Origin: an uncultured Spirochaetota bacterium | Lineage (GTDB): Bacteria; Spirochaetota; Brevinematia; Brevinematales; JAOACQ01 | Assembly (NCBI GenBank): GCA_963835575.1 | Contig: CAWIGG010000002.1 | Location: 1,120,001 to 1,184,000 of the forward strand | DNA: 64,000 nucleotides | Reading direction: 5' to 3' | Program-made: the position numbers and the translations under genes | In this document: positions 23,021-33,694 of the stretch, piece after piece | Position numbering within the stretch: position 1 is the stretch's first letter | Layout of the letters: every line of letters begins with the position of its first letter | Notes under the pieces: generated by a model | Seen by the model: only the letters and a program-made list of their open reading frames with translations | Told to the model about the DNA's origin: nothing | Database searches by the model: none

Positions 23021-23620
23021 ATGTTTTCTGAAAGCCTGAGACATTTTATCGCCTTATTCTCACAATTGCCCGGAATAGGGCAAAGATCAAGTGAAAGAAT
23101 AGGCTATTTTCTTTTATCTCAAAAAGAAGAGTTTATTAAAGATCTTACTGAATCTATTATTAATTTAAAAAAAAACATATTACTTTGTTCAATCTGCGGC
23201 AATTTATCAGAATATGATCCTTGTCAGATTTGCACTAATAAATCACGTGATATTGAATTACTTTGTATTGTTGAAAGTCCTATTGATATTTATTATATTG
23301 AATCGACAAATTGCTATAAAGGCCTGTATCATTCTCTTGGAGGTGTATTGTCGCCTCTTAACGGCATTACACCTAAAGATTTGAATATTAATAAATTATT
23401 AGACAGATTTAATTCACAAAATTTCAGAGAATTAATCTTTGCAACGAGCCCGACAACAGAAGGTGATGCTACTGTATTATATATTAAAGACTTATTAAAA
23501 GATAAAAATATTATATTTTCTCATTTAGCCCGCGGTATTCCTGTTGGAACCAGTATACAATACGCTGGAAATAGAAGTTTATCACAGGCTATGAAGAGCA
23601 GGGAAAAGTTAATTGACTAA
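23021..23620 (+). CDS. recR: Recombination protein RecR
   Basis: LPGIG, C4 zinc finger, YHSLGGVLSPLNG, EGDAT and LARGIPVG. Confidence 0.96.
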   Translation: MFSESLRHFIALFSQLPGIGQRSSERIGYFLLSQKEEFIKDLTESIINLKKNILLCSICGNLSEYDPCQICTNKSRDIELLCIVESPIDIYYIESTNCYKGLYHSLGGVLSPLNGITPKDLNINKLLDRFNSQNFRELIFATSPTTEGDATVLYIKDLLKDKNIIFSHLARGIPVGTSIQYAGNRSLSQAMKSREKLID

Positions 23621-23641
23621 TTCTGGATATGAAGCTATAAT
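23613..23641 (+). promoter_or_regulatory. Sigma70-type promoter for carD
   Basis: TTGACT, 17 nt, TATAAT overlapping the end of recR. Confidence 0.55.
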
Positions 23642-23681
23642 AAATGAGTCCTTATTTTCTTTATTTGTAAGGAATTGAATT

Positions 23682-24170
23682 ATGTTTAAAATCGGAGAAA
23701 GAGTTTTTTATCCTTATCATGGAGCTGGAGAAATCCAGGGTGTAGAAGAAAAAGAAATATTAGGTGAAAAAAGGATATACTATATAATCCGTTTTCCCCT
23801 AACAGAAACTACAATAATGGTCCCATCTGATAATACTAAAGAATTAGGCCTTCGCGATATTGCCAAATCAAAAGACATAAAGAAGTGTTTAGAAGTTATT
23901 TCTTCTCATGATAGTGATATTGATGAAGATTGGAAAATACGTTATAAAAAACATCAGGATATGCTTAAATCTGGAACTATAGTTGAAGTTTCCAGAGTAA
24001 TAAAAAATTTATTTAATAGAAATCAGGTGAAAGAACTATCAACAACAGAAAAAAAACTCTATAATACAGCTCTAAATATGTTGGTGAGTGAAATAGCGCT
24101 TTCTATTGGTAAAAATCAAGAAGAAGTAAAAAACGAAGTGTTCCGTTTATTAAATGAATCAATAAAATAA
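23682..24170 (+). CDS. carD: CarD-family RNA polymerase-binding regulator
   Basis: FKIGERVFYPYHGAG, MVP....GLR and W..RY. Confidence 0.93.
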   Translation: MFKIGERVFYPYHGAGEIQGVEEKEILGEKRIYYIIRFPLTETTIMVPSDNTKELGLRDIAKSKDIKKCLEVISSHDSDIDEDWKIRYKKHQDMLKSGTIVEVSRVIKNLFNRNQVKELSTTEKKLYNTALNMLVSEIALSIGKNQEEVKNEVFRLLNESIK

Positions 24171-24213
24171 TAAAATTTGTACTTAACATAATATATCTTA
24201 TAGGAAGTCTAAT

Positions 24214-24711
24214 GTGGTAAAATTAGGAATAAAAATCATTGCTATTTTGCTTATTTTATTCCTCCATAATACTCTTCTCCATTCTTATCTTACTGTTAAT
24301 ACAAATGATCTAATGAAAAATGAAAAAGCAATAACAAACATTGAAATCAAAAAAGTCATTGAACCTGAACTTCCAAATAGTTATTTAAGTACAGGAAAAA
24401 TAGAATTAGAAAAACCTGATACAGTATCAAGAAGATTTGATTTGGTTTATTTTATTTCAATTCCTGTTATTTTTTATTTAACATTGAATTTTGAAGCTAT
24501 TAAAAATCAGTTCACAAGAAATAATTCATTTGTCAATGATACTGATTGGGATTATATTTATTTTAACACATTTGTAATTCCAATAGTTGTCGCTTATTTT
24601 GATAATTTATATATTGACAATCAAAATAAAATTAAAGAAAATATGGCAAATAATGATATTTTTAATAGAGATATTTGTTTTCAAATTAATATTATTCATT
24701 ATAATTTTTAA
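24214..24711 (+). CDS. Hypothetical membrane or secreted protein
   Basis: Signal-like N-terminus and internal hydrophobic segments. Confidence 0.55.
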   Translation: MVKLGIKIIAILLILFLHNTLLHSYLTVNTNDLMKNEKAITNIEIKKVIEPELPNSYLSTGKIELEKPDTVSRRFDLVYFISIPVIFYLTLNFEAIKNQFTRNNSFVNDTDWDYIYFNTFVIPIVVAYFDNLYIDNQNKIKENMANNDIFNRDICFQINIIHYNF

Positions 24712-24753
24712 ATTATTAATTTAATTAAAAAAATACAATCTACCAATAGGAGT

Positions 24754-25872
24754 ATGTCATTGAAAGTCCTAGTAATAAACTGGCGTGATATAAATAATCC
24801 TGAGGCTGGAGGAGCAGAAGTTTACATTGATGAAGTTTTAAAAAAAAAACCGTCAGATTGGAAAGTTGATTTTATAAGCACATCATTTAAAAATTCAAAA
24901 AAAAAAGAAATAATAAACGGTTATAATGTTATAAGAATACCCAATAATTTATTATTTAATTTTACATTTAAGTATTTTTGGAGAAAATTCTTTTCTAAAA
25001 ATCATTATGATTTAATTGTGGATGTTATATCAAAAATCCCTCTCGCAACACCCCTATATATAAGAAATATTCCAATTTTATCTATTCATTATCATATTCA
25101 TGGAAAAAGTCTATTTAAAGAATTGCCTTATCCAATGGCTTTATATGTCTATTTAATGGAAAAGCATTTTCTTAGATATTATACAAAGGTACCCACTCTA
25201 TTGATTGCTGAAAGTGACAAACAAGAACTTGAAGAAATATATAAATTTGAGAATTTATATATAGCCTATTGCGGTATTGATGTGTCTTTTATGAAAGATA
25301 TCAATCCATTTAAAAAATCTGAAATACCAACACTTTTGTATTTCGGAAGGCTTAAAAAATACAAACGCGTTGACCATATAATAAAGGCTTTTGCTTTAGT
25401 CATTAAAAAAATACCGAATGCTGTTTTTTACATAGCTGGAAAAGGAGATGATGAGGAAAGGCTCAAAGACATCGTAAATATTATGAAATTAAATGATTCA
25501 GTTAAATTCATGGGTTTTATCAGTGAAAAAGATAAAGGTAAATGTGTATCTGAATCCTGGGTTTTCACTATTACTTCAGAAAAAGAAGGATGGGGAATAG
25601 TTGTTATTGAGGCAAATGCAGGCGCTTTACCTGTTGTTGGTTATAATGTTGAAGGAATCAGGGATTCAATCAAAGACGGCTATTCCGGTTATTTAGTTGA
25701 AAACGGCAATATAAATCAATTAGCTGAAAAAATAGTACTTTTATTAAATAATAATAAATTAAGAAATCTAATGTCTCAAAATGCATTAGAATGGTCAAAT
25801 CATTTCCGATGGGATAAAACAGCAGAAATATTTTACTCAATCGCTAATAAATTGATACAAAAGTTTCATTAA
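24754..25872 (+). CDS. Glycosyltransferase family 4
   Basis: NWRDINNPEAGGAE, FGRLKKYKR and EGWGIVVIEANA. Confidence 0.92.
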   Translation: MSLKVLVINWRDINNPEAGGAEVYIDEVLKKKPSDWKVDFISTSFKNSKKKEIINGYNVIRIPNNLLFNFTFKYFWRKFFSKNHYDLIVDVISKIPLATPLYIRNIPILSIHYHIHGKSLFKELPYPMALYVYLMEKHFLRYYTKVPTLLIAESDKQELEEIYKFENLYIAYCGIDVSFMKDINPFKKSEIPTLLYFGRLKKYKRVDHIIKAFALVIKKIPNAVFYIAGKGDDEERLKDIVNIMKLNDSVKFMGFISEKDKGKCVSESWVFTITSEKEGWGIVVIEANAGALPVVGYNVEGIRDSIKDGYSGYLVENGNINQLAEKIVLLLNNNKLRNLMSQNALEWSNHFRWDKTAEIFYSIANKLIQKFH

Positions 25873-25882
25873 GGAATTATAT

Positions 25883-26872
25883 ATGAAAACAGCGCTTATT
25901 ACTGGAATAAACGGCCAGGACGGTTCTTATTTATCTAAATTACTTTTAAATAAAAGTTATAAAGTAATCGGTTTAATGCGGGAAGAGGATAAAAACCAGC
26001 TTCAAAACCTGGAATATCTTGGTGTGGTAAACGATATTGAATTGATTTTTTCAGATATGCTGGATATTACAAATTTATGTAATATTATGAAAAAATATAA
26101 GCCGGATGAAATTTATAATCTTGCCGCCCAGAGTTCTGTCGGTTTATCTTTTGAACAGCCGTTAATTACTATGGAATTTAATATATTCAGTGTTTCTCAT
26201 CTTCTGGAATCAATACGTACTGTCAATACTGAATGCCGCTTTTATCAGGCTTCTTCAAGCGAAATGTTCGGCAATGTCAGAAAAGAACATCTGCCCGTAA
26301 CAGAGGATTTTGAGTTTCATCCGGTTAGTCCCTACGGCATATCAAAAGCTACAGCACACTGGATAACAGTGAATTATCGAGAAGCTTACCATCTTTTCGC
26401 AGTTAACGGCATCCTTTTTAATCATGAATCTGCTTTGAGAGGGAAAAATTTTGTAACAAAGAAGATCATTACAACAGCCATCAATATCAGCCGGGGAAAA
26501 GAGAAAGAACTGCGTCTCGGCAACCTGAATGTCAGCAGAGATTGGGGGTATGCTCCAAAATATGTTGAAGCTATGTGGCTGATACTTCAACAAAAAACTT
26601 TTTCTGATATGATCATTTGTTCCGGTGAAGCGCATAGTCTTGAAGATTTCACCAGAACAGTTTTTCAAATTCTTAACCTGGATTATGAAAATCATGTTAT
26701 TATTGATAGAAACCTTTATAGACCCGTTGATCTCGAAATAATATATGGAAATAATAAAAAAGCCAAAGAAATACTCGGCTGGGATTATAATATTAAATTT
26801 CATGAACTTATAGAAAAACTGATTAACGATGAAATCGATTTTATGAATTGGGAACAAAAACGTAAAAAATAG
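25883..26872 (+). CDS. gmd: GDP-mannose 4,6-dehydratase
   Basis: ALITGINGQDGSYL, YNLAAQSSV, QASSSEMFG, SPYGISK, FNHES and RDWG. Confidence 0.93.
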   Translation: MKTALITGINGQDGSYLSKLLLNKSYKVIGLMREEDKNQLQNLEYLGVVNDIELIFSDMLDITNLCNIMKKYKPDEIYNLAAQSSVGLSFEQPLITMEFNIFSVSHLLESIRTVNTECRFYQASSSEMFGNVRKEHLPVTEDFEFHPVSPYGISKATAHWITVNYREAYHLFAVNGILFNHESALRGKNFVTKKIITTAINISRGKEKELRLGNLNVSRDWGYAPKYVEAMWLILQQKTFSDMIICSGEAHSLEDFTRTVFQILNLDYENHVIIDRNLYRPVDLEIIYGNNKKAKEILGWDYNIKFHELIEKLINDEIDFMNWEQKRKK

Positions 26873-26891
26873 AGATTGAGGACCATTAAGC

Positions 26892-29231
26892 TTGAAATAT
26901 TATTTTGAAATTTTAGAATTCAATAAAATCATTCCAATAATAAAAAAATATCTAAAAACATATCCGGGGAAAAAAGAGCTTGATAATATATATAAAATAA
27001 TTGAATTAAGAAACGCGGATTCTGAGCTGAAAATAAGCGAACAAATGGCTCATTATTTACAATATGACTCTTCCATTTCTTTTGAAGAACTAAATAATAT
27101 TGAAGAATCTATAAAAAATTCAAAAATAAAGCATTATGCAATGAATTCTGATGAAGTATTGGAAATTAAAAAAGTATTCGGGATTTATAAGGATATTTAT
27201 AATTCCCTTGTCCCCTATTCTGAAAAATATTCTTTGCTCTTTAATCTCATAAAAGATATAACTTTGCCCGAAAAATTAATTTCCTCTATTTCAAAAGTCA
27301 TGGATGATGAGGGCGCGATATTGGACAGCGCTTCCGATGAGTTAAAAAGAATCAGAAAGAGGAAATCATCCGTTAGAATCGATATCCATTCTGCTTTAAC
27401 AACTCTTATAGAAAAAAAGTCTTTAAAAGAAGCTGTTCAGGAAAAATTCATTACTATCCGTGACGGCCGGTTTGTAATACCAATCAAAGTTCAATATAAA
27501 AACAAATTAAAATCCGAATTTAATTATGTAGTTCATTCTTTTTCAAAAACCGGTGAAACATCATTTGTGGAACCTGAAAACATTATTGAGCTTAATAATG
27601 AAATAGTTGAAATAGATGATGTTGAATTAAAGGAAATTAATAGAATATTAATATCGTTAACAGAGCTTATTTCAGAACAATCAGATATTATAATGAATAT
27701 ATATTTTCTAATAGGCAGACTTGAGCTTATTTATGCCAAAGCTAAATTCGCCATCGAATATCATTGTTGTTTTCCTGAAATTATTCGAGATAAGGCTTGT
27801 TTAAGGTTAAGAAAAGCACGCCACCCGCTCCTGGGAGTTAATTCAATTCCAGTCGATATTGAGATCGGTTTTTCATGCCAGGGATTGGTTATTTCAGGCC
27901 CGAATGCGGGCGGAAAAACTGTCGCTTTAAAAACAGCGGGGCTTTTAACACTGATGGCTTTATGCGGTATTCCAATTCCAGCGGCCAGGGATTCACAAAT
28001 CGGCTATTTTTCAAAAATTATGGCTGAAATTGGAGATGAACAGAATATATCCGAAAATCTTTCCAGTTTTTCAGGGCATATTGTCAGTATTTCAAGAATG
28101 CTTAAAGACTGTGATAAAGACTCCCTTATCCTGATCGATGAAATAGCAAGTTCTACAGAGCCGAAAGAAGGAGAAGCGCTGGGCCGGGCCATAATTCTTT
28201 CAATAATCAACAAAGGGGCCGGTTTTATCATTACTACACATTTCCAGGCTTTAAAAGAAATCTCCTACTCATTCGGTAAGGTTAAAAACGCGGCAGTTGA
28301 TTTTGATGAAGAAAAATTAATGCCTTTATACAGTTTGAGAACCGGGACTTCCGGCAGCAGCTATGCTCTCAGAATCGCTAAAAAATACGGTCTAGACGAT
28401 AACATCATTAAAAACGCGGAAATTTACTTGAATGAGAAATATTCTTCCATTGAAAAATTGATGAAATCCCTTGAATCAGAAAGAAATGAGCTGATAAAAA
28501 GGAAGATAATAATTGAAAAAAATATTGAGGAAAGCCGCAATATTAAATCTAATTATGATAAAATTCTTAAAGAAGTTGAAGAAGAAAAAAAAGCTCTTCA
28601 AAAAAAAGGAATACATATGCTCAGACAGGAACTTGATGATGCTTTAAAAGAGCTTGCCCTTCTTAAATCAGAATTAAAAAAGAAAACCATGGATAGCGTT
28701 AAAAAAGTGCAGGAAGATATAAAAGGCGTTCAGAAATTTTTAAAAGATTCTGAAGAAAAAATATTAAAAGATGAACGCCGGCATCCGAAGGAAATATCAA
28801 CAGGTCAAAAGATTTTTGTCGGCAGTTTTAAAAAAGAAGGCTATATTGAGCAAATACTGGGCGATAAATTTAAGGTCCGGCTTGGTATAATCAGTACTAT
28901 TGTTGAATTAAATGATATTTATTTGACTGAAAATGATAGTAATAATTATAAAGCTTCAACAAGGACCATTTTGGAAAACACTTCTGCCGCACCTCTTTCG
29001 ATTGATGTGAGAGGTCATAATGCCGAAGAAGCCTTAAAAGTGGTGGAGAAAAACATTGATCTGGCCTATATGAAAGGAGCCTCTACCCTTTCTATTATTC
29101 ATGGAAAAGGAGAAGGCATCCTCAGAAGAGAAATATGGAATTTTCTGCAGAAACAGGATAGTATTCGGAGTTTTAACTACGCCAAACCAGAGGAAGGCGG
29201 ACAGGGAAAAACAATTATATTCTTTAAATGA
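26892..29231 (+). CDS. mutS2: MutS2 (with Smr domain)
   Basis: ARHPLL, ISGPNAGGKT, IGDEQ....LSSFSGH, TTHF, KOW region and Smr IIHGKGEGILR. Confidence 0.95.
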   Translation: MKYYFEILEFNKIIPIIKKYLKTYPGKKELDNIYKIIELRNADSELKISEQMAHYLQYDSSISFEELNNIEESIKNSKIKHYAMNSDEVLEIKKVFGIYKDIYNSLVPYSEKYSLLFNLIKDITLPEKLISSISKVMDDEGAILDSASDELKRIRKRKSSVRIDIHSALTTLIEKKSLKEAVQEKFITIRDGRFVIPIKVQYKNKLKSEFNYVVHSFSKTGETSFVEPENIIELNNEIVEIDDVELKEINRILISLTELISEQSDIIMNIYFLIGRLELIYAKAKFAIEYHCCFPEIIRDKACLRLRKARHPLLGVNSIPVDIEIGFSCQGLVISGPNAGGKTVALKTAGLLTLMALCGIPIPAARDSQIGYFSKIMAEIGDEQNISENLSSFSGHIVSISRMLKDCDKDSLILIDEIASSTEPKEGEALGRAIILSIINKGAGFIITTHFQALKEISYSFGKVKNAAVDFDEEKLMPLYSLRTGTSGSSYALRIAKKYGLDDNIIKNAEIYLNEKYSSIEKLMKSLESERNELIKRKIIIEKNIEESRNIKSNYDKILKEVEEEKKALQKKGIHMLRQELDDALKELALLKSELKKKTMDSVKKVQEDIKGVQKFLKDSEEKILKDERRHPKEISTGQKIFVGSFKKEGYIEQILGDKFKVRLGIISTIVELNDIYLTENDSNNYKASTRTILENTSAAPLSIDVRGHNAEEALKVVEKNIDLAYMKGASTLSIIHGKGEGILRREIWNFLQKQDSIRSFNYAKPEEGGQGKTIIFFK

Positions 29232-29253
29232 TTATAACCTGAAAATAATTCTA

Positions 29254-30343
29254 CTACCGGCTCTTTAAATATCCAATGATAAAATCATCTATATCCCCGT
29301 CCATTACAGACTGCACATTTTTAATTTCTATACCTGTACGGTGGTCTTTTACAAGCGTATAAGGCTGAAAAGTATAACTTCGGATTTGATTTCCCCACTC
29401 TATCGCTTTTTTTTCAGGCAAATTTTTACTTTTTTCTTCTTCCTGCCTTTCCCTCTCTATTTCATAAAGCTTGGATTTAAGCATTTTCATTGCCATTTCA
29501 CGGTTCTGCAGTTGCGACCTTTCTATCTGGCATGCAACGACTACACCGGTAGGCAAATGAGTGATCCTGACGGCTGATTCTGTTTTATTGACATACTGTC
29601 CGCCGGCCCCGCTTGCCCTGTAAGTATCAATTTTCAAGTCTTTAGGGTCTATAGACAGGTTAATTTCCTCATTAATTTCAGGTGAAACGCTTATTGAACA
29701 GAAGGATGTCTGCCTTTTATTATTGGCATTAAAAGGCGACAGTCTTACAAGGCGGTGTATTCCATTTTCGGCGCTCAGGTAGCCGTAAGCATATCTTCCT
29801 TTTATAAATAATGTTACATCCTTAACACCGGCTACTTCTCCGGGATCGTAACTGATAATCTCCAGAGAAAATCCTTTTCTCTCAACCCATCTCTGATACA
29901 TTCTGAGAAGCATTTCGGCCCAATCCTGAGATTCTGTTCCGCCTGCACCGGGATGAATATTCAGAAAAGCATTGTTCTGGTCAAAATCTCCCCTGAACAT
30001 CATAACAATTTCCAGCTGTTGAAGCTTGCGTAGTAAAGAATCATACTCCGATTCAATATTCTTTAACAATGAATCATCACTGTCGCTTTCCGCCAGACCG
30101 GCCATTTCGACAAGATCAGTTACCTTTGATTTAAGATCAAGCCAGCCGCCTAATTCCTTTTCCAGAGCCGAGATTTTTGAAGATAACTCTGCCGACTTCT
30201 TATGATCGGTCCATGTTTTTTCATCGCTCAATTCAATTTTTAATTTTTCCAATTCCAATAATTTTCTTTCTACTTCAAAGTTGCCTCCAATCATTTTCCA
30301 GTTCAAGATTGAGTTCCCTGCACTTTTCTGATAACGCTCCCAT
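29254..30343 (-). CDS. prfB: Peptide chain release factor 2, decoded through a +1 programmed frameshift
   Basis: ATG at 30343 after AAGGAAGG; 22 codons, then CTT TGA at 30280-30275 preceded by an internal GGAGG and a 3-nt spacer; the +1 frame carries the SPF and GGQ motifs. Confidence 0.95.
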
Positions 30344-30355
30344 AAAACCTTCCTT

Positions 30356-31531
30356 TTAATATTTTGTTAATATATTGATAAAATCATCTGAATTCAATTT
30401 CACCGGATTACTTTTAGAATCAGCCGATTGAGCTATTTTTTTTAGATCAATCTCAGATATTCCAAGCTCTTTCACATTCGGGATAGTGAGTTTTCGCGCC
30501 CATTCTTCAATCTTATTTATGAGTAAGTCACACCCTTTTTTTATATCTTTTTCATCGCTGTCTGTAAGCAGATGGCCTATTCTTGAGTATTTTTTAAGAT
30601 AATATGATTGATTTTCTAATAAAAGTTTCTCAATATTATATTTTGTGACTCTGCCGACCAATGAAGCGCAGATAGTGCCATGCGGAATATTAAATAAACC
30701 GCCTATAACGCCAGCCAGGCCATGAACGGCCCCAAGGCCAACATTTGTAAGAGCCGCGCCGGATAAATAAGCGGCATATGATAACCGCGAACGGACTGAA
30801 ATATCTCCCGCTCCGTCTGTGCAGGCGGCAATCAAAGCATCATTTTTAAACATCTCCAGGCCATTTATTGACAGCGCATCAGACAGAACAGACGCTTTTA
30901 CCGACATAAATGACTCAAGAAGCTGTGTAAAAGCATCCATGCCGCTTGCGGCCGTGACTCCAAACGGACAGCTTAAAGTCAGTTCAGGATCAATAATAAC
31001 AGCGTCCGGTATTAAATTATTATGTCTGAGGGATTTTTTAAAGCCTTGAGGCCCAATTCTGCTTAACACCGCGTTATTTGTCGCCTCACTGCCAGTACCG
31101 GCGGTTGTCGGAACTGCTATAAAAGGCACTTTTATGCCGTTATGCTTTTTCTTTCCCAAACCTTCAATATAATCCATCGCTGATTCTTTTTGAGGAATCA
31201 TGGCAGATACGGCTTTACCGGTGTCTATAACGCTTCCACCACCTATTGAAAGAACAGCATGAAGCTGTTTATCGCGGTAAAAAGAAGCGATTTCATCAAC
31301 AAAATCGGGTGAGGCTTCTCCTTCTATTTCCTGTTCATAATAATTGATCTGAGAGTTTTTTAGATCTTGAAGCAGTTTTTCCCGCTTCGGCGATGATTTA
31401 AACGAAGACATTCCTGTAATAATGAGAATATTATTTCCAATATCGCCGATTAAACCGCACAATTCATTGATGGACCCTGCACCGAATACTAATTTCGGAT
31501 TAAATGAAAATTGAAACGGTTTTATATCCAT
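30356..31531 (-). CDS. Iron-containing alcohol dehydrogenase
   Basis: GGGSVIDTGK, VPTTAGTGSEAT, GMDAFTQ, LGAVHG and PHG. Confidence 0.92.
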   Translation of the reverse strand: MDIKPFQFSFNPKLVFGAGSINELCGLIGDIGNNILIITGMSSFKSSPKREKLLQDLKNSQINYYEQEIEGEASPDFVDEIASFYRDKQLHAVLSIGGGSVIDTGKAVSAMIPQKESAMDYIEGLGKKKHNGIKVPFIAVPTTAGTGSEATNNAVLSRIGPQGFKKSLRHNNLIPDAVIIDPELTLSCPFGVTAASGMDAFTQLLESFMSVKASVLSDALSINGLEMFKNDALIAACTDGAGDISVRSRLSYAAYLSGAALTNVGLGAVHGLAGVIGGLFNIPHGTICASLVGRVTKYNIEKLLLENQSYYLKKYSRIGHLLTDSDEKDIKKGCDLLINKIEEWARKLTIPNVKELGISEIDLKKIAQSADSKSNPVKLNSDDFINILTKY

Positions 31532-31549
31532 ATTTTTTATCTCCAACGC

Positions 31550-32335
31550 TCAATCAATCAATACACCAACCGGACAATGGTCTGAACCCATTACATCTTT
31601 TAATATAAAACTGTCTTTTACATGTGAAAAAAAACGCTGATTTACAAAAATGTAGTCAATACGCCAGCCGATGTTCCTTTCACGGGCTTTAAAACGATAT
31701 GTCCACCAGCTGTATTCAACAGCGGCAGGATGGAGAGCCCTGAATGTGTCAACATATCCATGGGATATGAATTTATCGATCCAGGCCCGTTCAACCGGCA
31801 GAAAACCGGAATAGTCCTCATTCGCTTTCGGGTTTTTAAGATCAATTTCATTATGGGCCGTATTAAAATCGCCCATAATAATCAGATTTTCACCCTTTTT
31901 ATTAAGCGCATCAACATATTCCAGAAATGAGTCATAAAACCTGAGTTTATATTGAAGCCTCTCTTCACTCATCTGTCCGTTGGGATAATATATATTCAGT
32001 AAAGTAAAAGGAATATCAGTTCCCGTATATTTAGCTATAATGATCCTGCCTTCTTCATCAAATTCTTTAATACCGAAGCCTTTTTCTATTACTCCGGGTT
32101 TGTTTTTAGAATAAAGCGCAGTACCGCTGTATCCGGGCCTTAGCGCAGAGTTCCAGATTGATACATAACCATTAGGATTAAGAATTTGAGGATTATCTTT
32201 TTCAATCTGTTCCGGAGTTGCTTTAATTTCCTGGAGGCCGATGATATCAGCGTTCAGTTCTTTAAATGTTTTTTCAAATCCGTTTTTCACGCATGCGCGC
32301 AGGCCGTTAACATTCCATGATAATATTTTTAACAT
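31550..32335 (-). CDS. xth: Exodeoxyribonuclease III / AP endonuclease
   Basis: SWNVNGLRA, LQEIK, GDFNTAH, GWRIDY and GSDHCP. Confidence 0.96.
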   Translation of the reverse strand: MLKILSWNVNGLRACVKNGFEKTFKELNADIIGLQEIKATPEQIEKDNPQILNPNGYVSIWNSALRPGYSGTALYSKNKPGVIEKGFGIKEFDEEGRIIIAKYTGTDIPFTLLNIYYPNGQMSEERLQYKLRFYDSFLEYVDALNKKGENLIIMGDFNTAHNEIDLKNPKANEDYSGFLPVERAWIDKFISHGYVDTFRALHPAAVEYSWWTYRFKARERNIGWRIDYIFVNQRFFSHVKDSFILKDVMGSDHCPVGVLID

Positions 32336-32402
32336 TAATTTATATCTCCAAAGGGTTAAATTTGCTTAAGAATATGCAATGATACATCATGGTAATATAA
32401 CT

Positions 32403-32431
32403 TTGACAATTCATCAAATCTTCATTAAACT
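32403..32431 (+). promoter_or_regulatory. Sigma70-type promoter for tyrS
   Basis: TTGACA, 17 nt, TAAACT. Confidence 0.5.
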
Positions 32432-32469
32432 AATTCTATAATGAGAAAGTAAAAGGAGACTGCACAAGC

Positions 32470-33675
32470 ATGATATCCAGATATTCTTTAGAAGAGCAAA
32501 TGAAGATCCTCTCACGAGGCACAGTAGAGATCATTCCTGAGGATGAATTAAAAGAAAAGCTTAAAAAATCCATTTCGGAGAACAAACCTCTAAAAATCAA
32601 ATTCGGAGCGGACCCTTCCGCTCCCGATCTTCATCTTGGCCACACAGTTCCTCTCAGAAAATTAAAGCAGTTCCAGGATCTCGGCCATGAAGTATATTTT
32701 CTTATCGGCGATTTTACCGGGATGATTGGCGACCCGACTGGTAAATCCCAGACCAGAAAAAGGCTGACAAAAGAGGAAGTATTAATAAACGCTGAAACTT
32801 ATAAATCGCAGATATTCAAAATTCTTGATCCTAAAAAAACAAAAATAGTGTTTAACAGCGACTGGTGCTCAAAAATGACCTTCGGAGATGTTCTCGAGCT
32901 GACAGCACATTATACTGTCGCAAGGCTTTTGGAGAGGGATGATTTTAACAAAAGGTATAAAGACGGTAAACCTATTTCGATGATAGAATTTATGTATCCG
33001 CTTATACAGGGCTATGATTCCGTTTTCCTTCATTCCGATGTTGAGATCGGAGGTACCGACCAGAAGTTTAATTTATTGGTCGGCAGAGCTTTACAGTCTG
33101 AATATGGTCAGGAAGAGCAGATCGTATTTACTATGCCTCTTCTGGAAGGTACTGACGGCGTTAATAAAATGAGCAAGTCGCTCGGCAACTATATCGGCAT
33201 CAGCGAACAACCCGGCCAGATATTCGGTAAAATCATGTCCATACCGGATAAAATGATTTCAAAATACTTCGAGCTTCTCACCGATGTGTCAATAGATGAG
33301 ATAAAAAGTTTTGAAAATAAAATGAAACAAGGTCAGAACCCCCGGGATTATAAAGTGATGCTGGGTAAAACAATTGTATCCCAGTATTATAGTAATGAAG
33401 ACGCTGAAAAAGCTTTTGAAGAATTTGAAAGAGTTTTTAAAGAAAAGGGTCTGCCGGATGAAATTGAGGAATTTCCCCTGCAGAATGCTATGAATTTGAT
33501 TGATATATTAATTCAATCAAAAGTACTTCCTTCCAAAAGCGAAGTGCGCAGGATGCTCCAACAGAACGCAGTTTCAATTGACGGTCTAAAGATTCAGGAA
33601 GAAAACCTGCTGCTGCAGCCCGGAGAGGAAATAATTATTAAAATCGGCAAAAGAAAATTCCTTAAAGTTAAGTAA
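32470..33675 (+). CDS. tyrS: Tyrosine--tRNA ligase
   Basis: [27 protein letters not shown] and a C-terminal S4 domain. Confidence 0.97.
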   Translation: MISRYSLEEQMKILSRGTVEIIPEDELKEKLKKSISENKPLKIKFGADPSAPDLHLGHTVPLRKLKQFQDLGHEVYFLIGDFTGMIGDPTGKSQTRKRLTKEEVLINAETYKSQIFKILDPKKTKIVFNSDWCSKMTFGDVLELTAHYTVARLLERDDFNKRYKDGKPISMIEFMYPLIQGYDSVFLHSDVEIGGTDQKFNLLVGRALQSEYGQEEQIVFTMPLLEGTDGVNKMSKSLGNYIGISEQPGQIFGKIMSIPDKMISKYFELLTDVSIDEIKSFENKMKQGQNPRDYKVMLGKTIVSQYYSNEDAEKAFEEFERVFKEKGLPDEIEEFPLQNAMNLIDILIQSKVLPSKSEVRRMLQQNAVSIDGLKIQEENLLLQPGEEIIIKIGKRKFLKVK

Positions 33676-33694
33676 ACACAGGAGTATTTATCTT

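Noticed and set aside
32336..32469. T-box leader for tyrS
   Set aside because: The leader after the predicted promoter is only about 30 nt and has no T-box motif
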